Source: Octopus sinensis (taxonomy: Eukaryota). From it: a stretch of DNA of 64,000 bases. The notes under the pieces were generated by a model. It had not been told where the DNA came from. It saw only the letters and a program-made list of their open reading frames with translations, and ran no database searches. The stretch lies in NCBI RefSeq assembly GCF_006345805.1, contig NW_021837031.1, positions 2,219 to 66,218 of the forward strand. The letters run 5' to 3'. The translations under genes and the position numbers were made by a program. The first letter of the stretch is position 1. The number at the start of each line of letters is the position of its first letter. This document shows positions 1 through 14,751 of this stretch, in pieces.

Positions 1-202
1 TGGTTTCAAATTTTGGCACAGAACCAGCAATATCAGTGTATGTCTATTACATCGATCCTAGTTCTCAACTAATAATCATGTTATCGACCACACAAGGCAA
101 AGTAAACCTCGGCAGAATTTAAACACAGGACATAAATACGTACGAAATGCCTCACAAAGAAGTTTGTGTGGGGCACTGACGATTCTGCCAGTAGGCCGCC
201 TT
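1..202 (-). mobile_element. SINE family A, diverged copy
   Basis: Matches family A motifs (ggcaaagtaaacctcggcagaattt; gattctgccag..gccgcctt 5' end). Confidence 0.75.
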
Positions 203-1044
203 GATTAGCAGAATAACATTAAGGATTAATAATACTTTCTTGTGCAATTAATTCTACATATCTCATGAGTCATCCAGCTGCCATTTTGTTGTAAAGTCAC
301 CGGTAAATCATAGACTCTGTATTATGTATTTTGATTAGAGATTAGAGATTAGAGACATGTTTGTCTTTTACTTGAATGAGTTTAACTGCGTAGTCGAGTA
401 TCAACATAAAGAATTTTCGCTTAACAAGATCTGAAAAATATATCAAAATTAGTTTCTTTTTCTTTTGAAACAAGAATTATTTACAGCTTGAAGAACGTCT
501 CAAAAAATATTCTATATTAATAAGTACGTTCCTGGTTACGAAAGACAAGTATGTTTAAAGAAAAATAACGTAACTCAATTCAGAGTTAATTAAGGGGTTG
601 AAAATGCTAACGAGAATATTCAGGATGAAGGAAACTGTTTTGGATAAAAAAAACAAAAAACAACTGATCAACGGTAACAAATGTTGTGTAACGATGTCCA
701 GAATATGTTGGGCGACCATAGTCTTGCTCTCTTCTAGATAAGTTTTGTTTAATTCGGTCTTCAATCGCAGCTTCTCACTATAACCACGTATTTATATTCG
801 GATAATTCATTTGAGGAGATACCTAATTATACTTTGGGATTCATATTCCAACTGAGAGGAACTTCCTTCATGAACGTCATTGACCAGAATGTTTATTGGA
901 TTATCCTTCACCTCCGTCTCAGTGATTTGGAATAATCTCGAATATGGTCAATGTCATTCACAGTTTTCTTCTATTATGCGCAGGTTCATACTACTTCGTT
1001 TCAATATATTTTCCAAAGCGTTGGTATAATTCCAAAGGTATGAG

Positions 1045-1048
<4 letters not shown>

Positions 1049-1125
<77 letters not shown>

Positions 1126-1164
1126 CTCTCACTCATTCTCTCCTCTCTCTCTCTCTCTCTCTCT
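1049..1164. repeat. (CT)n microsatellite
   Basis: Read directly from the sequence. Confidence 0.95.
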
Positions 1165-1419
1165 ATCATCTCTCATTGTAGCTCGTCCCATTCTCCCTCT
1201 CTATATTATGTGGTATACCAATGTCTGGTTAAAACACCAAATTCATATTCTCTGTAATTATTTGATAAAACTATTGGTGATTTCAACGTTGGAGAATACG
1301 ATCATTTGTTGGTATCACGAAACTGACACACCTACATTGCACATTTTCGTTATCCTGACAGTAACAACACTTTCTAAATCTCTTTCTCTTCCCGCCCACA
1401 CACACAATCACACAGACTC

Positions 1420-1454
<35 letters not shown>

Positions 1455-1604
1455 CGTGTATATGTGTGTGTGCGTGCATATATGAATGTGTATATATAAT
1501 ATTACATATAAATATATATATATATATATTATGTGTTCGTGTATGTATGTACTTATTTATATATGTATGTATATATAAATGTGACCGCGTGTGTACCGTT
1601 AGCG

Positions 1605-1784
1605 ATTTTTTTTCCTCCTTCTTCCCTTCCTTGGCTCTTTCCTTTTCCTATGTTTCTGTCGAAGAGCTCCGCTCGAAACGTTAAATTCTCCTTCTTTCCT
1701 TCTTTCCTTAGCGTCCAATAATACTATACTTGTTCCACGTCCTCGCGTTGTTGTGTTTACTATTTGTGTTTTCATTGTTGGGAT

Positions 1785-1790
<6 letters not shown>
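1605..1790 (+). mobile_element. Short interspersed repeat carrying a minimal hammerhead-like motif (probably Penelope-derived)
   Basis: Highly similar to 26050-26235; contains ctgtcgaa-gagc-tcc-gctc-gaaacgtt and ends in a (TA)n tail. Confidence 0.7.
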
Positions 1791-1856
<66 letters not shown>

Positions 1857-1959
1857 ATAGACTCTTCCGTCGTCAGACGACGTATGAGGTTCTGGCGACT
1901 TCTCACGGAAAAACCGCACAGATGATTTGTTTATGGTGATTAAATGCTTGTTTACACAT

Positions 1960-2158
1960 AAGTTGACCCACTCCATCAAATGGACATTACCTGTACAGGT
2001 GCACCTTGTGCCACATGTTAGACAGACGACGAAATAATCGCAGAGCAACTTGAAATAAAGTGCTTTGCTCAAGAACACGACGCAACGCCCGGTCTGAATA
2101 TCGAAACCTCACTCTCGCAATCGTGAGTGTAGCACCCTAACCACTAAGCCATGCGCCT
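1960..2158 (-). mobile_element. tRNA-headed SINE (group C)
   Basis: Reverse complement begins aggcgcatggcttagtggttagggtg...gaggtttcgatattcagaccgggcgttg (A and B boxes), as at 53424. Confidence 0.8.
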
Positions 2159-2389
2159 ACACATATTTCTCAGATTAATCAAATAATTTTAGTAAAGATT
2201 TGCTTTAATATTCTGGTTGCTCTATTTATATCTCAGTGTTTCACTGTTGCGTTATTTCAGTTATAACATTTAATTTTTCCAGGGAACAACAGCCTGTCAT
2301 TTCATTTCTCTTTTCTGTATTATTTTCTTGAATATAAAGGGTGCAGAGAAAATACTCTCCTCTTTGCTCGCAACCTAATCCACTTTTTC

Positions 2390-2817
2390 GGCTGGCAGAA
2401 ACGTTGGCACGCCGGGCGAAATGCTTAGTGGTATTTCGTCTGCCGTTACGTTCTGAGTTCAAATTCCGCCGAGGTCGACTTTGCCTTTCATCCTTTCGGG
2501 ATCGATAAATTAAGTACCAGTTACGCACTGGGGTCGTTGTAATCGATTTAATCCCTTTGTTTATCCTTGTTTCTCCCCATTACGATTAGCCCTTTGTGGC
2601 CAATAAAAAAATAAGAAATGTTAGCACGCCGGGCAAAATGCTTAGTAGTATTTCGTCTGTCTTTACGTTCTGAGTTGAAATTCTGCCGTGGTCGACTTTG
2701 CATTTCATCCTATCGGGATCGATAAATTAAATATCAGTTGCCTACTGGGTTCACTCTAATCGACTGGCCCCCGCTCACCAAAAATATCGGGCCTTGTGTC
2801 TAGAGTAGAAAAGAATT
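2390..2817 (+). mobile_element. SINE family A, head-to-tail dimer
   Basis: Two consecutive units of gttagcacgccgggc...gagttcaaattccgccgaggtcgactttgcctttcatcc; ends gggccttgtgtctagagtagaaaagaat. Confidence 0.9.
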
Positions 2818-3354
2818 ACTAGAGAGTCGAGGAAAATTTGAAGCTATTAACTGTTTGAGTTCAAACCCAGCAGAGGTTAACTTCACCTTTCACTCTTTCT
2901 GGGCCGACAAATGAATTAGAATTTAAGTCCTACAAATCATTGTCTTTTGATATTCTCCGTTACACAATATATTGCGCTAGTCATTCACTGGTCCATCCTT
3001 TTCCTTTACATTATCAAAAGCACGAACTCGCTGTTAGAAATACACGTGTATCCGAAAGTTGCTTCATACTCCGAGTTTTAGGAGTATGTAGGCAGTTGAT
3101 TGAACAATCGAATCCTCGTCGTAGAAACCGACGAAGGACCTCCGATACGGTATAAAACCTGCGGCCATTTTTATTAACAGAAAATGTTTCATAAAAGACT
3201 TTTGAATTGAATCACATTTACAAATCCCTGTTGTATGATAACAATTGTTTTTGTAGACATTGAAAATTTAGGTAAATGGATTTTCTCTTAATGTACTTAT
3301 ATAATATAGGCGAGGCATAACAATCGAATGTAATTATGCAGCCTGTAGGGTTAT

Positions 3355-3359
3355 TATAT

Positions 3360-3417
<58 letters not shown>

Positions 3418-3744
3418 GTGTGTTGTGTGTGGTGTGTGTGTGTGTGTGTATGTGTGGTGTTGTGTGTGTGTGTGCACCTTCGAGCTTCTATATATGTATA
3501 TATATATGTATCTACATGTATGTATATATATATATATAGATATATATATATATATACATACATACACATATACATCTATATATGCACTATTATATATTAC
3601 CATATATATATATATAATATATAATATATATATATATATATATATTATGTATATATATACATATACATATTCATCTATATATGTATATGTATATACATAT
3701 ATACACGCATGCATCTCTCTCTCTCTATATATATATATAGATAT

Positions 3745-3815
<71 letters not shown>

Positions 3816-3960
3816 TACATATATATGTGTGTGTGTGCGTGCTTGTATCTATGTATATCTACATATAACACGTATAGATATACATAATTTGATATATATG
3901 TATTTTTATGTATATCGATATAATATATATATATACATATATGCATATAAGTGTGTGTGT
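3355..3960. repeat. Compound (TA)n/(TG)n/(GATA)n microsatellite tract
   Basis: Read directly; explains the YIYI/CVCV ORFs in the track. Confidence 0.95.
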
Positions 3961-4622
3961 GTCTTTACTATTTTATGTACATGTGTGTATATATGCATAT
4001 AGATGTGTTTATATGCGTGTGTGTTTATACGAGAGTCTGTGTTTATGCATATTATTGTCTCTATATATATTGCTGTACTGATATATGTGTTCCGCCCATT
4101 ACATATGTCATTATATAGATTTCTGAGTTGACAAGACATCATTCATATCCTCCCAAATGGCTCGTCCAATTCATCCGCTACAAAGACGTATTGGTTTTCT
4201 TATCATTTTCAATAAGGACCGGGGAATTATCTCTAACTTAATCCTATATATATATAAACCCTTCTAACACTAATGCGCTGTTCAACGATACGAAAGAATC
4301 GATATCAAACTGGTTAACAGATGTTTCCAGTCGTGCGAAGAAACCTCTTGTCATCAACAAGCGCATTCTGGAATTCACATCCTTACACTTTCTCTCTCTC
4401 ACACACACACACACCACACACACACAATCATACACACAGTCACTCACACACAATACACACACGCATTCACGTGTGTATATATTCTTATATGTACAAACTC
4501 TCACGGACAAATACGCAATTGATATATAAATATATATATACATACACATATATATATATATCTAAATACATATACGTATACATATATATATATAACTATA
4601 TTTACCTGTATATAAACACACT

Positions 4623-4675
<53 letters not shown>

Positions 4676-5977
4676 CGTGCGTATATATGGATACGTATAT
4701 CCATGCTTAAATTTTATACATCGAAGTATATGTACATATAAGTATATATGTATGTGGGGGGGTGTGTGGTGTGTGTGTGCGCGCGCTTTTCGTCACATTT
4801 TGTGCATGTAAGACATTGTGTAGGTCCACTGACTACGCTAACAAGATCATTGTCTTCATGAAATATTCATTTTTGAATCGAAAGATCTGTTCTTCTTTCA
4901 CCTCCCATATACTCAATCCTAGATGAATTTTGCCGAGGAAGATGAGAAATCCGTTGCGCAAAAGACAAGACTGCATTTACATGTGAGAATTATAAATCCG
5001 TTTTTAAATATACTACAGCTTTAGTTACAAATGCCAAGTGAAGATGGTAAACACTGATTTATATCTATAATATTCGACAACTTCTATGCGTATAATTTAA
5101 TTAAACTGCTTGAATGTTAAAGATAAAACAGATTATTTAAAAAGGAAAACCGAGACAATTGATAAGTGTTGCCACGACCAAGAATCTTTATTAAAGCAAA
5201 ATCAATGGAAACATTAGAACATATAGTGATGCTAGATTTAGGTTATCGTCACACTCAAAATAACTTACGAATAAAAAATCCAAAACACGATATATTACTA
5301 ACACTATGACGTCCGACTGAATACGTCATACAAGCCATTTCTAACTAAATAATGCACTTGGGCCTGTTAGGTTAACAGAATGTCCAACACCAAGTGCTAT
5401 TATACAAATTAAATGCCCATACAACGCCCACAATATCCATATCTATGTACGCTTGTATATGTTTACAGATGTACATATGTATGCATGTTTTAAATATGTA
5501 CCATATATATATGTATATATATGTGTGTGTGTGTGAGTGTTTGTGTGTATATGTGTATATATATATATTTATATATATATAAGCATACATATACATGGAT
5601 TTACAATTATATACATGCCTATATATATACATATATATTCATTTTCCTCAGTTTCAGTCGTAAGACTGCGGCCATGCCGGGACACCACTGTTTAATTTGC
5701 TACACATTCAATAAACCTTCTCTGATATGTGATATTTGGTGGAGGAGGGAGTTCGACGTTACTGCCCTAATCTGTGCTTCATGCCTAGAGGTAGGTTCAT
5801 CTGGAACTCTTGATATAAGAAAATAGAGTTTTGTTTTGAAGAAGCCTATATCCACGCCATGCAGGTCTCTCAGACATTGTGGGAGGATTCTGAAGAGCTG
5901 TGACCTTTGAAGCCTAAACTGTTGCAGTACATATATATATATATATGATATATATATATATATATATATATATGATC

Positions 5978-6350
5978 TATTCTACTTTAGGCACAAGGCC
6001 TAGATTACATCGATCCTAGTATGCAACTGTACTTAACTTATCGACTCCGAAAGGATGAAAAGCAAAATCGACCTCGGCAGAATTTGAACTCAGAACATAA
6101 AGGCGGACGAAATACCTATTTCTTTACTACCACAAGGAGCTAAACACAGAAGAGACAAACAAGGACAGACAAACGGATTAAATCGATTATATCGACCCCG
6201 GTGCGTAACTGGTACTTATTTAATCGACCCCGAAAAGATGAGAATGCAAAGCCGACCTCGGCAGAATTTGAACTCACAACGTAAAGGCGGACGAAATATC
6301 GCTAAGTGTTCCGCCCGGCGTACTAACGTTTCAACCAGCTCGCCGCCTTA
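5978..6350 (-). mobile_element. SINE family A dimer
   Basis: 5' end ccagctcgccgcctta at 6335-6350; two body units joined at gacgaaatacctatttcttt. Confidence 0.9.
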
Positions 6351-6974
6351 AAATATATACATAATATATGAGAATAATATATATGTGCGCGTGTGTGCGC
6401 GTGTGTGCGTGTAGAAGAAGAACGAAATACTTGATATAAGAGACAGCAGATGATACAAATATGAGAAAATGACAGAAGACACAGGATCGGTGCACAATCA
6501 ATTATAATACCAAGCAATCATGCTCTTTGCTCTAAGTAGAAAGGAATATTATTAAAGTGTAGTTATAGTCACTTATTCTGTGATGACGTCAATGGTTCTA
6601 ATCTATAGTCTAAGGGTTTTGTTTCTATAGTAGTTACATAAAGGGAAACGAGTGCTCAATAACTATTGCAGTCTTGTATCGTTCGTCCTTGCGTCTTTCT
6701 CATTTTGTCTCTCTTAAGATTTATGGAAGTAAATCTTAAGAACAGCTACTGTAGTTCCATTTCTATCTCTTCTTCTCTATCTCATTCTCTCTGGCTTTTA
6801 ATGTCTGTCTCTGGCTGAGTGTAACTATAACCTAAATCTAGCATCATTGTATGTTTCAATAAAGATCCTTGGTCGTGGCAACACTTGTCAATTATCTCGG
6901 TATGTTTGTGTATGTATGTATATTAATCGCCGTTGTTCAGGGCATGTGTATATATATATATATGTCTGTGTGTG

Positions 6975-7005
<31 letters not shown>

Positions 7006-7010
7006 GTATG

Positions 7011-7064
<54 letters not shown>

Positions 7065-7067
<3 letters not shown>

Positions 7068-7254
7068 TTACACTTAACGTAGTTACCAGGGACATTCAAA
7101 CTGAGACTGCGAATGTGACAGGGCTGGCCCATCGAACTGGAGGGGAGCAACGTAAAATAAAGTACCGTGCTCAAAGACAGATCGCGACGTCAGGAATCGA
7201 ACTCATGACTATAAGATCTCCAGCCAAATGCACTAACTACTAAACTACACCTCC
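7065..7254 (-). mobile_element. tRNA-headed SINE (group C variant), diverged
   Basis: Reverse complement has tagtttagtagttagtgc...gagttcgattcctg (A and B boxes); the body resembles 23225-23465. Confidence 0.65.
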
Positions 7255-7487
7255 ACACAATTTCTCTCTGTCTCTCTGTCTCTCTCTGTCTCTCTCTGTT
7301 TGTCTCTCTCTTTCTCCCTCCCTCTCTCTCTCTCTCTTTTTCTAGCACATACACATGTATATCCACAGGGAATATGGATACACATGCGTAGGTGGGTGGG
7401 AACTATTTTTTAAAATTAAGCGCTCACGCTTCTCTGTCTTTGTCTCTGTCTCCTCTCTCTCTCTCTCTCTCCTCTCTATATTATATA

Positions 7488-7537
<50 letters not shown>

Positions 7538-8087
7538 ATATATAGATATATTATATATATATATATATATATCTATGTATATATATATATATATATTATA
7601 TACATTATATATAGATATTATATATTTACATATGTTGTGTGTGTGTGTATAATGCGTGGTGTCAATTTATGGAAAGAAATCCCACAAAATTCAAAATTTA
7701 GTTAAAACTGGGGAACACAAGTTTTTAAAGTTTCGTTTCGTACATAGATATACAAATAATGCAAATTCGTTATTGAATTAAATTAAATTAAATTAATTAA
7801 ATAAATTATTTAATTATACATCAATGTATTCTTAAGTGCAGGAGGTATAAACAAATTTTTTACAAAGAACTTGAGAACGGAAATAGCAGAAGAATAGAAT
7901 CTTGGAGATTCATATTTCATATGTGTACGTGTGAGTGTGTGTGAGTGTGTGTGAATGTTGTGTGTGTGTGTAAGAAAAAAATATTAACTATGTATATATT
8001 TTATACACATATATATATACGTAATATATATATATATATATACATATACATGCATATATATTATATATAATATATTATATATATACA

Positions 8088-8122
<35 letters not shown>

Positions 8123-8128
8123 GCATAT

Positions 8129-8164
<36 letters not shown>

Positions 8165-8569
8165 ATTAAAATAATATAAGAGTGGTATATTGCTCACTCT
8201 AGCATATTAATCCAAATTTCAACACGAAAATACTTGGTGTTGATAAATATACTATTAAATTAGTATCTAATCTCTCACCCTTATTAATTAATATATATAT
8301 ATATATATATAATAATAATATATTATATATATATATTACATGCATATATATAATATATATAATATGTTTGTGTGTGTGTATATTCTTTTATTGTTTCATT
8401 TTTCAGCCTTAAGGATGTGACCATGCTGGGACAGCAGGAAGCGAGAGTTGAATTTGCTTGCTAGAGATTCGTTCGTTCGCCACTTAATTCTCCCATCTCA
8501 AGAGTGTAATGTATAGAACTTTGCTTGGGAAATGACTTAGGTGGATGCTGTATAGTATGCTGAAGATTA

Positions 8570-9000
8570 TGCTGATAATGATGTTGATGATGACGATAAT
8601 GATTACGGTGGTGGTGGTGGTGGTGATGATGAGGATGATGATGATGATATAGAAATTACAGGGAATATCGGGAAAATCATCATCAGCATCATCATCATCT
8701 CCAATTATGCCATGTTGACGATGATGATGATGTGAGCGGATGTGTTGAGCGATGATGTGACAAGATATGGTTGGAGGATTTTAAGAGAGAGACAGAGAGA
8801 GAATGATGGGGAGCGAGTGAATGAACGTTTGGAAGAAAGTAGGAGAGAGAAGAGAGAGAGAGAGAGAGAAGAGAGGGATAGAGAGAGAGAGAGAGAGATA
8901 TGAGGGATAGAGAAGAGGAGAGAGAGAGAGAAGATGAGAGATAGCGAGAGAGAAGCTGAGAGATAGCGAGAGAGAGGATGAGAGAGAAGAGAAAGAGAGT
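8570..9000. repeat. (GAT)n/(GGT)n and (GA)n low-complexity tracts
   Basis: Read directly from the sequence. Confidence 0.9.
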
Positions 9001-9106
9001 GGGTGGGGCAAATGCTGATTTTGGCGTGAGAGACTTAAATTTACTCTGGAACGATGAATAATTTTGAGAAAACAGCTCACGCAAACACACACACACGTGT
9101 GTATTA

Positions 9107-9144
<38 letters not shown>

Positions 9145-10118
9145 TATACGCACATATATGTATACACACCATACATACATGCATATATATTTATATAATA
9201 TATATACATAAATAAACGGAAGGAAGTAATTTTTTTTATATTTTCTTAATGAATTCTAAATAAAAGTGTGAAATATTCTGGAAAATCATCGGATATGGCA
9301 GATTAATAATTTGGTAGGAATGGATGCCAGAGGCATTTAGCCAGGAATTCCAATGAATCTCTACCGTTCCACGTAAGAGAATTCTCAGTCAATGACACCT
9401 TATATTTAACCGTTTTGTTTAGAATTTTTAAAATTTAGTTTTGTAGATTTTAGTTTTTATTGAAGAGAGAGACAAAGACAGAGAAGGAGAAAGAAAGAGA
9501 GTGAGAGAAAGATAAATAGAGAGAGAGAGAGAAATGTTTCTTGAAAAAATCCCCTCATTTCTTCAAGCAAGAGAATACAACGGAAGAATAATTTCTAAAG
9601 CACAACATTTTGAAGATTATCTGTGCGTTGTTGCTCTTTTTTTCGGTGTAAATTACGGTATTTTTTGTTGTTCTTATTTTGTTGTAATTCTTATAGTTGT
9701 TGCTGTTGTTGTTGTTGATGCTGCTGTCAGTTCTGACCAAGAATATGAATTCCAACTATGACCATCACTTCATTATATCTTTTGATTTGTCATTTTTTTA
9801 AAAGCACAAGTCTATCTAAGATTATATTATCCGTTGTGTATATTCGTTTAAGATGGCCGATTAGTTGTTCTATGGGAAGAGAATTTCAAATATTATTTCT
9901 GGAAGATACCGAACGTGTCCATTTTAAATTTCCTTTTCATTCACATTAGAGACATACGTAGATGTGCGGTAAGAGGTTTGCTTCACAGCCACATGGCTTT
10001 GGGTGCAGTCCCACTGAGTGGTGTTTTGAGCAACTGCATTTTACTTCAGCCCCAGAAAAAGGGGCTGTAGTAGAAGACACATTTGAAACGATTGCTAAAC
10101 GCAAACTAAAACCTGCCC

Positions 10119-10199
<81 letters not shown>

Positions 10200-10295
10200 T
10201 GTGTGGTGTGTGTGTGTGTGTGTGTGTGTGTGCATGTGTATGTATATATGTACAGAATATAAATATTAATATATATATATATACATGCATATACA

Positions 10296-10795
10296 TGTTT
10301 TTCTTGTGCTTGTGCGAATGTAGACGTATGTATGAACTTTTACGGTGCGCGCGCGTGTATGAGTTTGTATATATATATATGCATATGCATGTGGCGAAAA
10401 AGGCGAGTGAAGATGTGTACGTTTTCGTAGTGATGCATGTATACGTACGTGTGTGCGCAAGCGCACATGAGTACGTATGGACAGGCACGCTTACGTGTTT
10501 ACTATAAACTTTTAACTTTATCTTATTTAGCGGTCATTCGAATTAGCGCTTTTTATAAGTAGCGGTCTATAACACAGTAATTTCCCTTTGTATAACGGTC
10601 TTTTTTCATAGCGTTTTTGAGAAGGCCAGATAACCGAAGAGATGGTGGTGTGGATTTCCACCTCGGCATCCAGAACTCAGAGTTTTATCTTGGCTACTAA
10701 ATAATTGTCACATTATTTTACAGATAAATTCCTCTATTTACATAATATTGAGATCACTTTCTTTATTTTGTTATTTTACCGTTTTTACCAATATA
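10296..10795 (+). mobile_element. Interspersed repeat, same family as the arms of the 31364-32340 fold-back
   Basis: Shares ccagataaccgaagagatggtggtgtggatttccacctcggcatc...gagttttatcttggc and flanks with 32035-32410. Confidence 0.88.
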
Positions 10796-10806
10796 TATAT
10801 ATATAT

Positions 10807-11194
10807 AGGCACAGGAGTGGCTGTGTGGTAAGTAGCTTGCTAACCAACGACATGGTTCCGGGTTCAGTCCCACTGCGTGGCATCTTCGGCAAGTGTCTTC
10901 TGCTATAGCCCCGGGCCGACCAAAGCCTCGTTAGTGGATTTGGTAGACGGAAACTGAAAGAAGCCTGTCGTATATATGTATATATATGTATATGTGTGTG
11001 TTTGTGTTTGTCTCCCTAGCATTACTTGACAACCGATGCTGGTGTGTTTACGTCCCCGTCACTTAGCAGTTCGGCAAAAGAGACCGATAAAATAAGTACT
11101 GGGCTTTCAAAGAATAAGTCCCGGGGTCGATTTGCTCGTCTAAAGGCGGTGCTCCAGCATGGCCGCAGTCAAATGACTGAAACAAGTAAAAGAG
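10807..11194 (+). mobile_element. SINE family B, full length (~390 bp)
   Basis: aggcacaggagtggctgtgtggtaag...gggttcagtcccactgcgtggc head, internal (TA/TG)n linker, gactgaaacaagtaaaagag tail; more than 10 copies in the window. Confidence 0.93.
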
Positions 11195-11203
11195 AAAAAA
11201 AAG

Positions 11204-11234
<31 letters not shown>

Positions 11235-11406
11235 TCCACTCCAGAGATAACTAAATTTTATGAATTTGTGCTATCTTTCTTCCTCGATTTGACATGTGTG
11301 TAATAATGATAGTGAAGATATTTTATCGTGTTTCGACGATTTAGCGACTATTTTCGGCATATAGGCAAAGAAAACTTTTCTACGATCTTATTCATAAACG
11401 CATGTG

Positions 11407-11441
<35 letters not shown>

Positions 11442-13859
11442 ATGTGTGTGTGTGTGTGTGTATGTGTGTGTGTGTGGTGTGTGTGTGTGCGTGTGTGTTT
11501 ATCCTCCACTGGCTCTGGTGAATTTACATTCCCGTAACTTAGCATTTCGGCAATAGCAACAGATAAAAGAAATACAAGGCTTAATACAAATAAGTTGTGG
11601 AGTCCATTCATTTGACTAAAATCTATTCGAGTCGATGCCCCAGCATGCCTTAACATGACCTAAAGAATTTGAGACCTATAATAAAAAGGGCTAGAGTAAT
11701 ATAATATTTTATACGAATATAAAATATGTTCAACCTTCTCATTCTTTGTTTATTTTTTCTTCTGATGTATGACTTCCATCCAAAACGTCAAGATTCTTTC
11801 CACTCTTTATAGTCTTTAGACCTATTCCTTTCTGAAGACTAGACTTCAATTTGTGCTCTTTGACTTCTTATGTATATATTCCTTTTGTTACGCTTAGTCA
11901 AGGACGGATGGGCCATAATGGCATCTATATTTGCTCGCAACTACATAACCATTTAAAATAATTAGAGGAAACTTGACTCAAGTACCAGGCCAAATTTGTT
12001 TGCCATTGACGTCTAGGGTGTTATTTTGGATGGAAGCACCAATAATGTGGCTAAAAAATTGTAATTTTCATTGTGTTTGCTCATTCTAGTGAATTAAATT
12101 CTAAAAATAATACAAATTTGACCAACTTATAATAATTTAGTCCATTAGTATTTTAATTATATTGTTATGGACTCCGACATCAATTTCACTCGTATAAATT
12201 AATTACATTTATAAGATGGAATTTTCCTAGAAGTGAATATTCTCTAACAGTCTCACCACTACATAACACCTAGATTTTAATTAACAATTGAGATTTTGTC
12301 TACTTAGTATCTTTGTTTAAATATCTAAGTCTTTCTCCAGCGTTTGGAGAAAAGATACAATCGTGTTACTCATAAGTTACTTGTAACACACACGCGCAAA
12401 CACTGATATATAAAAATGCACTTGCTGATATGTGCACATACAGTCCCTCTACCTTCGTCTCAATCTTTCTCTTTCTGTATTCTTTCTATTTCTACTGTTA
12501 GTTTGTATTCTTCCGTCTATCTTGTTTCAGACAAGTGAATAAATATCAAAAGCAACGGAGGTAAACATATTTCCTACACTCACATCGTATACAGGACTTC
12601 GACTTTAAACATTTACGTATTAAGTACATTTTAACGGTAATTGTTGCTCTCTACGTGTGTCCCGTATACATACACACACCGACAGGCACACCCATATAGG
12701 AATGTGTGCTTACAGACATATGTATATATATCGAAATTCTATCTTTCACCTAGGTTCGTTAGCACCGCAAGGCACTACAGCAGCATATGTTTTTTAGCAT
12801 TTCTCATCTACACGAAATAACTTTTCCGACCGTTTACCGCAGTCTACGGCTTTATAAAAAACACACATCCGAGTAAGCTTGGATGTGCTAATTAACATTT
12901 GTTACACAGGCTGATTATGTCACTGATAACTAATGTATATAGAGTCAGCAAGCCTCTCGAGCCGTTTTTAGCTGTTTGGTCAATATCATTTTATTTAGGT
13001 TTGACTTATTTACTGAATAGCATTCGATGTTTGGCTTCCTACACTTGATGATCCGCAATACAATGACATCAGGAGATACAGTTGCACCATCCACCACTGT
13101 TGATGGAAGTGAGTCGACCGATAGAGTTTTCATGCTTTTTAGCGGTTGTCTTCTAAAAAAACGATTCATTTTAAGCATATGTATCTGCGCGTGTGTGTAT
13201 TTAGAGAGTTTACCCCAAGAGAATTAACGCAAAATGTCACCATTTGTAACATGAGCGAAAATCTTTAACCTATTAGAAAAATATAAAATATAAAATAAAC
13301 GATGATGAAACCTGACATCAAATTGCGTTTATATAATGGTAGTTCATAGATTAATGGCTTAAAACATCAATTTTAACGTTTCAGAACGCATTTAGCCTCA
13401 ACACCTAAATTATTCAAATTATTTCTAAGCATTTTTACGGGAATAAAATGTGACAATTATGGCAAGTAAAAAGTGTATGGCGGATAATAGAAAAATGGCT
13501 TTGCATTTTCATAGGGACGAAAATTTACATTCGTAACGATTAACCAATTCCGCTGAAGCAAAACATCTCTGCGTTATGTACATCTGCGCTTGCGTTCTCT
13601 GACGGTCATTTACAAAATTCTCTGAACGAAAAAGTAATAATAACAATAACTCCAAAAAAGGCAGATGTCACGCCATCTTTTATTATCTCTATTTTCTAAT
13701 ATTATTTCCTGAAGCAAGTGGTTGTTTATTCATATATTTATTTAAATGTTATAGAGTTTTGCATGGAATAACGTCCGCTGTGTTTTTATTTGATAATGCT
13801 AAACCGCCATGGTGTAATTCGTCGAACAGATCAAACTCAGTGCTGATTCTCAATTCTAA

Positions 13860-14142
13860 CACTTATTTTATCTGTCACCTTTGCTGAACCGTTATGCGAT
13901 GTGGACGTAAACCCATCCTCACCCCAGTTGTCAAGCGGTTATATAGGAGCATCACAAAGGTTTGTGTCTCATACATCTATCTAATCGGCGGAGTTTCACT
14001 CAGTTTCACTCAACTAAATTTACTCACTAAGCATTGATCGAACCGAAACTTTAGTAGAAGGCATTTGGCCGGGGTGTCCTGCAGTGGGATTGAAACGTAA
14101 ATAATGTGACTGCAAAGAGAGTTTCGTAACCACACAGCCATG
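13860..14142 (-). mobile_element. SINE family B, diverged
   Basis: gcagtgggattgaa, accacacagccatgcc and ttgctgaaccg motifs. Confidence 0.65.
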
Positions 14143-14709
14143 CCAATGATAATTATTGTTATTAAAATTTCTAAAAAAATATGGGAATATAAATAATGAA
14201 ATCATATTGGTCCTTGCAGCAGCATCAGTCGGGTTTCTCCAACTGATAACACAATACTCCGTATATACTTTAATCCCGATTAAGACAATTATTTTATTCA
14301 TTCATTTACGAATTTAATTATTCTCGAAAATGTATTCCAAATACAAGTATTATACCTTAGTTAAGTATATCGTTTCTGGAAAGTAATACCTACTCCTCTA
14401 AACAAGTAGCCCCATCGATATTGTCATTTTCACATTTACCTCCCTTGACTGCACCTGAATGGGGTAGCGATATTTTGGAGATATCAGAAGAGAATCAGTC
14501 TGACTTAAATGTATAATTCTCCCTTTTCAACGACCAAAATCAATCCCCTATTCTTTATTTTCGTGTATTTTTATTGACAATGCATTGTACAGGTTTGTAC
14601 ATGTTGCACATCATAAAATGCATGCATAAATTTATGATTCTTTACTCTCGATTTTAAATTATGCTCAAGCAGCATTAGAGGCACCTACGAATAATCTTTG
14701 TTTACGAAC

Positions 14710-14751
<42 letters not shown>

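Noticed and set aside
14439-14453. 15-bp minus-strand micro-exon (G)AVKG
   Set aside because: AG/GT sites are present, but the length is not a multiple of 9 and it does not continue the Gly-X-Y register.
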